A DNA stretch of 53,618 bases. It comes from a virus. Lineage: Duplodnaviria > Heunggongvirae > Uroviricota > Caudoviricetes. Where the stretch lies: IMG/VR virus record IMGVR_UViG_2563366968_000008. One strand, written 5' to 3'. Below, in pieces: positions 9,024-17,778 of the stretch. Position numbers and translations under genes: made by a program. A model generated the notes under the pieces. That model worked only from the letters and a program-made list of their open reading frames with translations, made no database searches and was not told where the DNA came from. How positions within the stretch are numbered: position 1 is the first letter of the stretch; every line of letters begins with the position of its first letter.

Positions 9024-9671
9024 ATGAAAACAAAATGGTATAACTTAGCAAAGCAGCTCATGCGGGCGCAGGGCATGAGCCAGGATTCGCTCGCGGATCG
9101 TATGGGGATAACTAAAGGCGGCCTGTCACACTGGCTGAACGGTCGCCGAGAGCCAAATCTTGAAGATATTGCGCGGATTATGCGCGAGCTTGGTCGTCGG
9201 CAGTTTACTGTTACACATGATGGCATGGTCATTGATGATTCTGTTTCTAATACACTTCAGGCCGTGCCGCCGCGTGATTTAGGTAGTTACCCGGTTATTG
9301 ACTGGAAGGACACAGTAAACAATATGGATGACGCAAGGCGTTCAGCATTACGACACGTTACGACTAGCGTTATTTGTTCAGATGACAGTTACTGGCTGGT
9401 TGCCAAAGGTGAATCAATGAACGCGCCGCAGGGGTTGAGCATCCCGGCGGGGACGATGATACTTGTGGACCCGCACGCGCCAGCTATTGACGGCAAACTG
9501 GTTATAGCCCAGCTTGAGGAAGGGCAGATACCGACGTTTAAACAGTTGATTATTGATGGAGGTCAAAGGCTTTTACGTTCGCTCAATCCGCTGTATCCGC
9601 CAATCCCTATGAATCCAGAATCAAAAATTATAGGCGTGGTGGTTGATGCGAAGATCGTAAACCTGCCATAA
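9024..9671 (+). CDS. CI/LexA-like repressor (HTH_XRE + S24 peptidase domain)
   Basis: N-terminal HTH (QDSLADRMGITKGGLSHWLNGRR), C-terminal S24 peptidase-like domain with GESM motif. Confidence 0.85.
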   Translation: MKTKWYNLAKQLMRAQGMSQDSLADRMGITKGGLSHWLNGRREPNLEDIARIMRELGRRQFTVTHDGMVIDDSVSNTLQAVPPRDLGSYPVIDWKDTVNNMDDARRSALRHVTTSVICSDDSYWLVAKGESMNAPQGLSIPAGTMILVDPHAPAIDGKLVIAQLEEGQIPTFKQLIIDGGQRLLRSLNPLYPPIPMNPESKIIGVVVDAKIVNLP

Positions 9672-9676
9672 ACATT

Positions 9677-9701
9677 AGCCGCCGAATGGCGGCTTTTCTT
9701 T
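9677..9701 (+). terminator. Intrinsic terminator after repressor gene
   Basis: Hairpin AGCCGCC-GAAT-GGCGGCT followed by TTTCTTT. Confidence 0.6.
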
Positions 9702-9794
9702 GCCTGGAAAACACCAAAACGTAAACAGAAAACGTTATTTATTATTTAAATATCAATGGCATATAAAATATTTTAAAAAAGTATACAAAATGGA

Positions 9795-9823
9795 TTGACT
9801 CGATGTTTTACGGGGCGTATATT
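9795..9823 (+). promoter_or_regulatory. Sigma70-like promoter (TTGACT, 17 bp spacer, TATATT), candidate rightward early promoter
   Basis: Near-consensus -35/-10 with 17-bp spacing; 13-mer-like motif GTATACAAAATGG immediately upstream. Confidence 0.5.
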
Positions 9824-10077
9824 GCGAGTCAAAGGAAGGGCGCAGGTAACAAAAGCAACTTCCTGGCACTTTAAAAATCAGGCTTAACACCTTGTCAACC
9901 GTGGAGTAACTCCCCGATGGGGGACCGAAAGCGGCACTGATAACAAGGCGCATGGGGTGTTTAAAGCGTTACATCCCCCACGAAACCGCACGCAAGGCGA
10001 CGAGTCAGCTTGCTTGGAGTGAGCAAGGTCACGCCGGGAACGGCGATGATTGCGGGATTAGTTGAAAGATGTTAAGC

Positions 10078-10115
10078 CGCTCATTAACAATCTGGTCAGC
10101 CGCTGGAAGTGCGGC
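10078..10115 (+). promoter_or_regulatory. nut-like site: boxA-like CGCTCATTAACAA plus boxB-like hairpin GCCGC-TGGAAGT-GCGGC
   Basis: boxA resembles GCTCTTTAACAA; 5-bp stem hairpin 8 nt downstream; lies in leader upstream of the N-like gene. Confidence 0.35.
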
Positions 10116-10171
10116 AATTAACGAAGATGATTTTTTATTAAGTATCATCAAGGATATACGGAGATCAGATT

Positions 10172-10462
10172 ATGAGCGTTACAATTATATATGGTAAATG
10201 TGATAGCAAAATGAATGCCAGGGAACGCAGAAGGATAAAAAGAGAAAACGAAAGAAAATCATCACCTGCAATCAATAAAACAGACAATGTGGATAAAGCT
10301 ATTCGATTTGCAAACGAGGAAAGATGCAAACCAAATAGCATTAAAGAACGTCGCAAAGGATCAGTAAAATGGTATACGGAAAATGAAAGCGGCAGCTACT
10401 ACCACGCAACGCAACCACGCCATTTAGGGGAAAAACCCCTGGATAAAGTCCGCTACCATTAA
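10172..10462 (+). CDS. N-like transcription antiterminator candidate (arginine-rich motif)
   Basis: 96 aa basic protein; NARERRRIKRENERK resembles the arginine-rich RNA-binding motif of lambdoid N proteins; first gene after the promoter/nut-like leader. Confidence 0.4.
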   Translation: MSVTIIYGKCDSKMNARERRRIKRENERKSSPAINKTDNVDKAIRFANEERCKPNSIKERRKGSVKWYTENESGSYYHATQPRHLGEKPLDKVRYH

Positions 10463-10492
10463 TACAAAATGTAAACATCCGGAGATGACATT

Positions 10493-10615
10493 ATGGTTAT
10501 TCAGGCGCTTCAATTCAAACTGGCAGTAGCGGAAATGCTTCACGATGCCGAAATGTGGAGCGCCGCGAATAAAGCCTTATACATAGTGTTAACAGCACGG
10601 GAGATTAAATGGTGA
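10493..10615 (+). CDS. Micro-ORF (40 aa) translationally coupled to erf-like gene
   Basis: ATG with GGAG SD at 8 nt; stop overlaps downstream start. Confidence 0.3.
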   Translation: MVIQALQFKLAVAEMLHDAEMWSAANKALYIVLTAREIKW

Positions 10616-11253
10616 AAACAGAGTTACATAAAAAGCTATGGACGATTCAGCAAACGCTGAACGCGCCGAAAAATCAGCGTAATAATTTTGGTGGATATAA
10701 TTACAGGTCGGCGGAGGATATTTTAGAGGCGGTTAAACCACTGCTTCAAAATATCACGCTGACTGTTAGTGATGAAATTGTCCTGATCGGCAATCGCTAT
10801 TATGTGAAAGCAACGGCGACGCTAAGCGACGGTGAAGACGTAATAGCGGTAACTGCTTATGCCAGGGAGGAAGAAAACAAGAAGGGTATGGACGCCAGCC
10901 AGCTAACAGGAGCAACATCAAGTTACGCGCGTAAATATGCTTTGAACGGTTTATTCTGTATAGATGATGCTCGCGATCCTGATACTGATGCTTACGCGAA
11001 GCAGACAGGCCAGCAGCCGCGACAACAGAAAAACCCACCAAAACAACAACCGCAGCAGAAGAAAGCGCCGCCAAATCCTGATGAAGTATTAGCACGTTTC
11101 TGTGATGCAGCAGCGAAAGCGCAGGACGCTAACAAGCTGCGTGAAATATTTGGCAAATGCTGGAAATTACTACCGGAAGGATCGGAACATCGAATCAAGG
11201 CAAAAGATGTTTATGACATCCGGGTCGCAGAGCTTAACGGGGAGATGGGTTAA
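10609..11253 (+). CDS. ERF-family single-strand annealing protein candidate
   Basis: 214 aa; FGGYNYRSAEDILEAVKP segment and Q/P-rich linker; sits immediately upstream of ssb. Confidence 0.5.
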   Translation: MVKTELHKKLWTIQQTLNAPKNQRNNFGGYNYRSAEDILEAVKPLLQNITLTVSDEIVLIGNRYYVKATATLSDGEDVIAVTAYAREEENKKGMDASQLTGATSSYARKYALNGLFCIDDARDPDTDAYAKQTGQQPRQQKNPPKQQPQQKKAPPNPDEVLARFCDAAAKAQDANKLREIFGKCWKLLPEGSEHRIKAKDVYDIRVAELNGEMG

Positions 11254-11672
11254 TGAGTTTGAATTCAATTACGCTGGGCGGGAATATCGGAAACGACATG
11301 GAAGTTCGCTACACGCAAAACGGTAAAGCGATTGGTAGTTTTCCGTTAGCTGTAACGAATGGCTACGGTGATAACAAGCGGACAATGTGGATCACTTGCC
11401 TGGTATTTGGTGAGCGTGCGGAAAAATTAGCGCCACATATCCGCAAGGGTGGAAAAATAGTGGTAAGCGGTCGCCTGGATGTTCGGCAATATGACCGGAA
11501 CGACGGCACGAAGGGGACTGCGGTAGAAGTGGCGGTTAATGAATTTGAATTCATGAATGTTAACCAACAAGGCCAGCAGCAAGGACAGCAGCAGAAAGCG
11601 CCGCCGCAGCAGCAGAATAATAACGGGAATAATCCGCCTCCGATGGACTTCGACGACGATATTCCTTTTTAG
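11253..11672 (+). CDS. ssb: Single-stranded DNA-binding protein
   Basis: OB-fold region, Gln/Gly-rich linker and acidic tail DFDDDIPF. Confidence 0.85.
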   Translation: MSLNSITLGGNIGNDMEVRYTQNGKAIGSFPLAVTNGYGDNKRTMWITCLVFGERAEKLAPHIRKGGKIVVSGRLDVRQYDRNDGTKGTAVEVAVNEFEFMNVNQQGQQQGQQQKAPPQQQNNNGNNPPPMDFDDDIPF

Positions 11673-11688
11673 AATCAATGTGTTAGCG

Positions 11689-11967
11689 ATGAGTGATTAT
11701 CTAAAACCGCCACCGCAACCACGAACAAAAGAGCAAGTATTAAAAGAAGCCCGCGATCAAATCGATCGCGGGCTTTTTTTATGCGGCACGGCAGCGGATC
11801 GAATGGCGAAAAGATTTAGTGACCTGTACGCGAAGCAAATCTGGTTTGACAACTGGCGAGCGAGTTCTTACCCGCTACAGAAAACTGATGATATGCAGTG
11901 GCCTGAATATGTTGATCCACGAATGCGCAAATATCGCGGGCGTATGGGCAAGGTTATTAACGATTAA
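11689..11967 (+). CDS. Hypothetical protein (92 aa)
   Basis: ATG in frame within ORF 11557..11967; follows ssb. Confidence 0.4.
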   Translation: MSDYLKPPPQPRTKEQVLKEARDQIDRGLFLCGTAADRMAKRFSDLYAKQIWFDNWRASSYPLQKTDDMQWPEYVDPRMRKYRGRMGKVIND

Positions 11968-11979
11968 TGAGGTATTACC

Positions 11980-12231
11980 ATGACAGCTACAACATTAAGC
12001 GAAAATAACGGGCGCGGTTTTCAGGGGACTGCGGAAACCTCAGACGATGGTGATGTATTTGTCGAATTCGGTGGCGGTAACTATGAATTCGAAACGTCGG
12101 CGGGCTGGCACGATAAATGGCCTTTCCCGACGCGCAAGGAATTAAGCGAACGTAAATCATTTGGCGAAGATGCCGAACGGCTGGCTAATAACAAATGGCT
12201 TGATAAGTTCATTGCGGAGGGTGGCAAATGA
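11980..12231 (+). CDS. Hypothetical protein (83 aa)
   Basis: ATG with GAGGT SD. Confidence 0.5.
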   Translation: MTATTLSENNGRGFQGTAETSDDGDVFVEFGGGNYEFETSAGWHDKWPFPTRKELSERKSFGEDAERLANNKWLDKFIAEGGK

Positions 12232-12335
12232 AAAAGATTGCAATGTTATCCGCCGCCGTTGCTGTGGCGGCTGTTTACCTTAGTGCGTCACTCTATATCA
12301 CTGTGGCGATTGTTAAGCTGATTACTGACATGTGA
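12228..12335 (+). CDS. Micro-ORF encoding 35-aa hydrophobic peptide
   Basis: ATGA overlap with upstream stop; single TM-like segment; not in ORF track. Confidence 0.35.
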   Translation: MKKIAMLSAAVAVAAVYLSASLYITVAIVKLITDM

Positions 12336-12342
12336 GGTTTAT

Positions 12343-12459
12343 ATGCGAGTCGACAAAAATACTGTCAAGGCTGTTTTCTGTGTGGTCGCTTTCGTCTTCA
12401 TGGTGGTAATAGCTGGCGCGACTGCGGCAATTATTAGCTATATCGGCGGGGTGATGTGA
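12343..12459 (+). CDS. Micro-ORF encoding 38-aa hydrophobic peptide
   Basis: ATG; stop overlaps next gene start; single TM-like segment. Confidence 0.35.
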   Translation: MRVDKNTVKAVFCVVAFVFMVVIAGATAAIISYIGGVM

Positions 12460-12731
12460 TGCCATTCATGAATATCAAAACGGGTGATCTGGTCGTGCTC
12501 CCGGAATACCGTAAAGACCCTGGTCTGGTTGTGCTGAATAAGACATATAACGATCTTGAGCGTCCGATCCTGGTTAAATATCTGGACGGAACAATTATAG
12601 AGCCGCGCTTCTTTGACAAGATCGAACTGAAGGCCCGTAACGTTCGCGTTAAGCCGTTCCGGGCTTATGTTGAAGACCACTGGCGGAAATTGTTCGCCGG
12701 ACTGAATGGGATGTTCGGCGTATGGCTATAA
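12456..12731 (+). CDS. Hypothetical protein
   Basis: ORF with GTG/ATG start overlapping upstream stop. Confidence 0.45.
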   Translation: MMPFMNIKTGDLVVLPEYRKDPGLVVLNKTYNDLERPILVKYLDGTIIEPRFFDKIELKARNVRVKPFRAYVEDHWRKLFAGLNGMFGVWL

Positions 12732-12913
12732 AATTGGTAAAAGTTAAAGATTTAAAAGGCGGCGAAAAGATCCGTACGTGGTATGGGTATAAATTTATCA
12801 TAGCTGCCTTTTCTTTTGGGCCTGGTGGTCAGGTAACATTATTTGACGAGGAAGATGATGAGGTGGGTCAATGGCATCTTGAACAATATGTTGAGGTGTT
12901 AAATGAAAATTAA
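12722..12913 (+). CDS. Hypothetical protein (63 aa)
   Basis: ATG start, overlapping operon neighbours. Confidence 0.4.
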   Translation: MAIKLVKVKDLKGGEKIRTWYGYKFIIAAFSFGPGGQVTLFDEEDDEVGQWHLEQYVEVLNEN

Positions 12914-13235
12914 ATTCCATAAAGCATATGATAGCGAAACAAACAAGCTATCACTATTTATCGAATTCGAACGCCGGATCGTGGTTGTGCCCTGGGCGCG
13001 GCGCTTCAATGACGCTGGCGGACGTAGACAATTCGCGGTCGATATGCTGTTACGCGGCTGCGGCCTTATGCGTCCGCTATCTGATTTAAAACGAATGATG
13101 CCGGGATCGTTCGGTCAGATTGATGAAATAGAAATAAGCCCGGAAGAACTGAAACGGGAGCGTGATTTATTCCTTTCAAGCGAAGGAAACCCGTTTAATT
13201 CAGAAACTGAAATGAAATGGCATCACCCACTATAA
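12903..13235 (+). CDS. Hypothetical protein (110 aa)
   Basis: ATG start overlapping upstream stop. Confidence 0.45.
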   Translation: MKIKFHKAYDSETNKLSLFIEFERRIVVVPWARRFNDAGGRRQFAVDMLLRGCGLMRPLSDLKRMMPGSFGQIDEIEISPEELKRERDLFLSSEGNPFNSETEMKWHHPL

Positions 13236-13248
13236 AAGGATAAATATC

Positions 13249-13869
13249 ATGAACGACATCAAAACAGCTTACTCTCTCGGTAATGAAGGTATGTTGATCA
13301 CTCGCTATACAGATGATGCAAACTTTCACGAAGTGGAAATTAAAGATTATCACGAAGTATTGAAAGATATGGAAGCTGGCGCGTATGACGCTGATTTGAA
13401 TCTGGCGCTACAGGTTGTTGATATTGTGATGGGTGCGTCAATCCGCGATTACGTGTCTTTAAGTATGGAAGAAAAAACATCGGTAGCGCGTTATGTATTC
13501 TCTCTTACTTTTGTGAAGCGCATGGAGGAAGAATTCGGACGCGTACCAGTGCCGGAAGAGGTTGATCCGCTCGCGTTCGGAAGTGCTGTCATTTTCCCGT
13601 TGAACAAGGAACAGCTTGGTAGTGTTTCACTGCATTCTATGCGCGTCCTGATGAAAAATATCTTTGAGGTTAAGATGTTGCAGAAATGCATTGAGGAAGG
13701 CCACAAAGAGGAAGAAGTAAAAGCGCTCATGCCATTGTTTTACGGTGAAATGGTTGGCAATGATATGCGTGCAAATGATTTCGGCGTACAGGCGGCTATC
13801 GCTGTGCTTAATTACGCACGGAAAAACGCACAGCCGACGCCTGAACAGGGAAAACGTGTACTGCATTAA
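13249..13869 (+). CDS. Hypothetical protein (206 aa)
   Basis: Long ORF with ATG; no motif recognised. Confidence 0.55.
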   Translation: MNDIKTAYSLGNEGMLITRYTDDANFHEVEIKDYHEVLKDMEAGAYDADLNLALQVVDIVMGASIRDYVSLSMEEKTSVARYVFSLTFVKRMEEEFGRVPVPEEVDPLAFGSAVIFPLNKEQLGSVSLHSMRVLMKNIFEVKMLQKCIEEGHKEEEVKALMPLFYGEMVGNDMRANDFGVQAAIAVLNYARKNAQPTPEQGKRVLH

Positions 13870-13968
13870 CCGAGTAATTCCGATCACATAAATATACATT
13901 TTGTATTGTGATTGTATATCCGTTTTGTAAGCCGAAATCAAAAGGTTTACGGTGCGGAGGAAGCAAAA

Positions 13969-14187
13969 ATGGAACGCGAATTGATGCTTTATTGCGTAGA
14001 AGGTGGCGTAGGTCACGATGCCTACGTCGCCGGGAAAGACTATCCAGCCGATGAAGTGCTTTCTAATATGCACTTCAGAGAAAATGAAAGCCAGGTGTCT
14101 GTGTGGAAACGGTGTATTGATGGTATTGAGGTTGTAAGTATCGAACGGTATTTAGGCACGTTTGATTACGGTGTTATTGAGGCTTAA
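13969..14187 (+). CDS. Hypothetical protein (72 aa)
   Basis: ATG with GAGGAAG SD, in frame within ORF 13912..14187. Confidence 0.4.
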   Translation: MERELMLYCVEGGVGHDAYVAGKDYPADEVLSNMHFRENESQVSVWKRCIDGIEVVSIERYLGTFDYGVIEA

Positions 14188-14285
14188 TTATGGACGATAC
14201 ATTGTTTTATATGTGCTGTTTCTGGGGTTTTATTGCCTTATGCCTGTTTATCAGGTGGTTTATTGAATACCATATGAGGTAATGT

Positions 14286-14480
14286 ATGGAACAAGAAACT
14301 GATTATCGAATACCTGATAGCCTAAAATTAGTTGGCATTGGTTTCGGGTGTAGATTTGTATCTGACGCAAAAGGAGCGATTTATTTAATACGTCTTATTG
14401 ATGGCGTTCAACATATAAGGAGATTAGGAATTTACATCAAAGCATTCAGAAGAGGTTATTTAAAAACTCATGAAATTTAA
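14286..14480 (+). CDS. Hypothetical protein (64 aa)
   Basis: ATG start; operon context. Confidence 0.4.
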   Translation: MEQETDYRIPDSLKLVGIGFGCRFVSDAKGAIYLIRLIDGVQHIRRLGIYIKAFRRGYLKTHEI

Positions 14481-14673
14481 ACATTACATGGAATGGAAAA
14501 TTCCAGAAGCAGCAACAAAGGCAGCGCCAGAAAATTTTTCTGGCGTTTATTTTTATATGGATGGCAAATGGTATTTCGGCAGCAGGCCGGATCACTACTA
14601 TCAAGAAATATGCAAGCCTCACGTATGGGATATTAAAGAGCGCGTGAAAGGCGGGGTAATTGAGGACGTTTAA
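14470..14673 (+). CDS. Hypothetical protein (67 aa)
   Basis: ATG start overlapping upstream stop. Confidence 0.4.
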   Translation: MKFKHYMEWKIPEAATKAAPENFSGVYFYMDGKWYFGSRPDHYYQEICKPHVWDIKERVKGGVIEDV

Positions 14674-14674
14674 A

Positions 14675-14911
14675 ATGCTTAAGAGCTTTTTTAACTGGTT
14701 GGGGGCGTGGCTTTTGGCTACGCTTTTTGTTTTCCTGGCGGCCCTGACTGTTATCGGTGTTATTATGCTGGGGGCTATGTTTATTACGTGGTCGCTTCCT
14801 GAATTTAACGACATTGGGAATATTCTTTTTGCAGCCCGCGCTTTATTGGCTGTTAGCGCATTCATTGGTTTTTGCTGGACTGCCGCGCCGGATTGGACTG
14901 ACACATGGTGA
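14675..14911 (+). CDS. Small membrane protein (two hydrophobic segments)
   Basis: ATG with GAGGA SD; in frame within ORF 14660..14911. Confidence 0.4.
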   Translation: MLKSFFNWLGAWLLATLFVFLAALTVIGVIMLGAMFITWSLPEFNDIGNILFAARALLAVSAFIGFCWTAAPDWTDTW

Positions 14912-14915
14912 TCCT

Positions 14916-15149
14916 ATGGCCTTATTCAATATGTCAGAGCCGCAATTTAACGCCGTAAAGACTGCCGCCCGCGCCGCGCTTTCGGCCTGCAAAGCGGAGG
15001 TAGAGAAGAACGGCTACAGCGATAAAGCCACGCGGCTGATACTCGACAAGCATTATCGCAAGGTCGCCCCGCTAATCAGCATTGAGCGTTTTGTGTGGTT
15101 GGTGGGGTATCTGAATAACCGCTGGGGGACGGAGCAGGATTATTTCTAA
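14916..15149 (+). CDS. Hypothetical protein (77 aa)
   Basis: ATG with GGTGA SD, in frame within ORF 14757..15149. Confidence 0.4.
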   Translation: MALFNMSEPQFNAVKTAARAALSACKAEVEKNGYSDKATRLILDKHYRKVAPLISIERFVWLVGYLNNRWGTEQDYF

Positions 15150-15159
15150 GGGGGACGCA

Positions 15160-15699
15160 ATGAAAAATGATTACGGCGGCAGTCATACGCCGAAAGAAAT
15201 AAAAGACCTATGGCAGACGCCGAAACCTGTTTTTAGAGGAATGGATCGGGAATTCGAATTCGTCGCGGACGTGGCGGCAAACAAGGCAAATGCATTAGTT
15301 CCGCGATATATAACCGAAGAAATGAACACGCTTAATTACCCGTGGGGAGCGGTGGCGATGCCTGGTGAATATGTCTGGATGAATCCACCATATTCTAATC
15401 CGGGACCATTCGTTGATAAGGCGGCGTTTGAACACCACCGAAATCATATTGGCTGTGTAATGTTATTGCCAGCCGACACTTCTGTTAGTTGGTTTATGAA
15501 CGGCGTGGAGACGGCAAATGAATGCCGATTAATCACGCGCGGGCGGCTGGCGTTTATTAATGCCGCGACGGGTAAACCAGCAAGCGGAAACAATAAGGGG
15601 AGCTTGTTCTTGATCTGGCATCCACGGTGCAGACATGAATGTATTTTCACGCAGATAACACGTAAAGAGCTATATGCAAGAGGTGCAGATAATGACTAA
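15160..15699 (+). CDS. Phage DNA N6-adenine methyltransferase (Dam-like)
   Basis: WQTPKPVF, NPPYS (DPPY-type catalytic motif) and FEFVADVAANK segments typical of phage Dam family. Confidence 0.7.
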   Translation: MKNDYGGSHTPKEIKDLWQTPKPVFRGMDREFEFVADVAANKANALVPRYITEEMNTLNYPWGAVAMPGEYVWMNPPYSNPGPFVDKAAFEHHRNHIGCVMLLPADTSVSWFMNGVETANECRLITRGRLAFINAATGKPASGNNKGSLFLIWHPRCRHECIFTQITRKELYARGADND

Positions 15700-16024
15700 G
15701 GCAGCAGATTTATTGAGACTTGCAGCGGAAACCATAGAGCAAAGAGGTAAACAAAACGGCTACGACAAAAAAGAGGAAAAATCAGCGCCAAAAATAGCCA
15801 CTATTTACAACGCTAAGAAGGGAGCAGATTTAACCCCGCTTGATGTATGGGATCTGCTAATTTGTCTCAAGGAGGCGCGTTTAGAGGCCATTTTAAGCAA
15901 TAAATCAGATCCGACAGACACGCTAATTGATTTGATTAGCTATAACGCGCTAAAAGCGGAGCAAATATTAACGGAGCGGGAGGAAGCCCAAAGAAAGAAA
16001 CGGGCTGTTTTGATATACCGTTAA
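15692..16024 (+). CDS. Hypothetical protein (110 aa)
   Basis: ATG with GAGGTG SD overlapping Dam stop. Confidence 0.45.
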   Translation: MTKAADLLRLAAETIEQRGKQNGYDKKEEKSAPKIATIYNAKKGADLTPLDVWDLLICLKEARLEAILSNKSDPTDTLIDLISYNALKAEQILTEREEAQRKKRAVLIYR

Positions 16025-16162
16025 ATTGCGGCTGTAAGAATGCCTCAATACCAGGCGACTTAATCGCCAGCAGCAAGGTAACGCTAAATAGTGTCCTTGC
16101 AAACAGGCTTGATGGTAAGTGTGATAACGAATCACTACTACGCGCGGCGGGGTATCATAAAA

Positions 16163-16666
16163 ATGGAAAGGGTGACAATTGACAGGTTATTGGCCTGCAT
16201 TTATGTCGCCGTTTTCGTGATCATTAACCTTATTGTTAACCACTGCGGCCCGTGGGTAATTCCGATCACCACGGTAGCCGCCGTGTGCGTCAATATGATG
16301 ATCCGTGACTTCCTGTTATATGACGGCGGCCTGAAATGGTCGGCTACAACATGCGCCGCCGCTGGCGCAATCACGGTGCTGATAAACTACGATGCCGGGA
16401 TGGTGGCGATCGCGTCATTCGTCGCGGTTGTTTCCGGTGCGCTTATTTCTGGCGGTGTTTACCGGATTTTACCTGGCGATTTCGATTCAAAACGCTGGCC
16501 TGCGAATATAGCGTCCGCCATTGGTGATGCGTTAATTTTTCCCACGCTATCGTTTATGGCATTTATGCCGGAAATATCAGCTATGCAATTCATCTCAAAA
16601 ATGGCGGCTGTAACGGTGATCACTATCATCATTCGTCGCTATTTTACGTTCGAGGGTAGGAAATGA
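16163..16666 (+). CDS. Polytopic membrane protein (start uncertain; ORF opens at 16091)
   Basis: 4-5 hydrophobic segments; stop overlaps start of downstream methyltransferase-like gene (ATGA). Confidence 0.5.
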   Translation: MERVTIDRLLACIYVAVFVIINLIVNHCGPWVIPITTVAAVCVNMMIRDFLLYDGGLKWSATTCAAAGAITVLINYDAGMVAIASFVAVVSGALISGGVYRILPGDFDSKRWPANIASAIGDALIFPTLSFMAFMPEISAMQFISKMAAVTVITIIIRRYFTFEGRK

Positions 16667-17427
16667 GTGGGCTTAGAAATTGGGTGGTGTGGTCGCTGTA
16701 CGACGGCAGCGGGTACGCCGTTAAAGATTGGGCCGACGCTGGCTATAAGTGTTATTGTTTCAATTATGACGGCGCTAATCATGGCGATTATGAAGGCGTC
16801 AAGATCATTCATCCTAACATTGAATATGTCAACGTATGGATTGACAGCCATTTCCTGGTAATGTTCTCCCCTGAATTGTCTGTTTATCCAGATCCTGACA
16901 TTATCCTGGGCTTTCCTCCGTGCGACGATCTTGCGGTGTCCGGCGCTCGTTGGTTTTCAAGCAAGCGTGAAAAAGATCCTTACTTCCAGCAGAAGGCGGC
17001 ATACAACGCAAAACTGGTAGAAACGCTTGCTGACATGTACCACGTCCCGTGGATGGTGGAAAACCCGGTTGGAGCACTGTCAACGTTATGGCGTAAGCCG
17101 GATTTCATTTTTAATCCGTGCGCTTACGGTGGCTACCTGCCGGAAGATGATAAGCATCCAGCTTTCCCGGAATACATCGCCGACCGCGACGCCTACACGA
17201 AGAAAACTTGTATCTGGTGCGGCAACGGATTTAAACAGCCGCTATTTCGGCCTGTACCAATGCCTGATGAGTGGGAAGATAGTAAGCAGCACGCGAAGTT
17301 AGGCGGGAAGTCGAAGCGCACTAAGATGATCCGCTCACTCACGCCGCGAGGATTCGCCCGTGCTGTATTCCTGGCTAATGACCGGGCAATCACGCGGACT
17401 ACTCTTAACCGCGTTTTACCGGATTGA
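16663..17427 (+). CDS. DNA C5-cytosine methyltransferase-like protein (divergent, short)
   Basis: Motif I-like SLYDGSGY, motif IV-like GFPPCDDLAVSGA (PC with D replacing Q), motif VI-like VENPVGAL; 254 aa lacks an obvious target-recognition domain. Confidence 0.5.
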   Translation: MSGLRNWVVWSLYDGSGYAVKDWADAGYKCYCFNYDGANHGDYEGVKIIHPNIEYVNVWIDSHFLVMFSPELSVYPDPDIILGFPPCDDLAVSGARWFSSKREKDPYFQQKAAYNAKLVETLADMYHVPWMVENPVGALSTLWRKPDFIFNPCAYGGYLPEDDKHPAFPEYIADRDAYTKKTCIWCGNGFKQPLFRPVPMPDEWEDSKQHAKLGGKSKRTKMIRSLTPRGFARAVFLANDRAITRTTLNRVLPD

Positions 17428-17428
17428 T

Positions 17429-17441
17429 GTTTACAAAATGG
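17429..17441 (+). repeat. 13-mer GTTTACAAAATGG copy 3
   Basis: Exact copy 2 bp after methyltransferase-like gene stop. Confidence 0.8.
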
Positions 17442-17587
17442 CGTCATTGTGTGATGTGGATCACATAATGGCGCTTTATTGTTTGTTCGCATGTATCCGT
17501 TTTGTATACTTCAAACAAACAAAATGCTCTTTAAAAATCCGGTAACGCTGAAATGCGTAAAAATCACCTGAAAAAGGAGAGAGCATT

Positions 17588-17764
17588 ATGTCTTTTGAGA
17601 ATTACCAATGGCATGACGACTATGAACGGGAAAGTGTCATGCGTGCAATGTGCAGTGTATGCAGCACGAAGAAGGGAGAATGTAACGAGTGCAACGAATG
17701 CGTAGATCGCTTGCTAAGGGCTGGACACGCCGAAAGGCTGAACGAAACAGAGAATCAAGAATAA
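17588..17764 (+). CDS. NinF-like small Cys-rich protein (58 aa), not in ORF track
   Basis: AAGGAG SD 8 nt upstream; YERESVMRAMCSVCS...CNECNEC pattern resembles lambda NinF. Confidence 0.45.
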   Translation: MSFENYQWHDDYERESVMRAMCSVCSTKKGECNECNECVDRLLRAGHAERLNETENQE

Positions 17765-17778
17765 TCGGGGTGGTTTTT

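Noticed and set aside
9753-9953. 66-aa minus-strand ORF in the leader between repressor and N-like gene
   Set aside because: Overlaps the strong rightward promoter and structured leader, has no SD, and its product looks non-protein-like.
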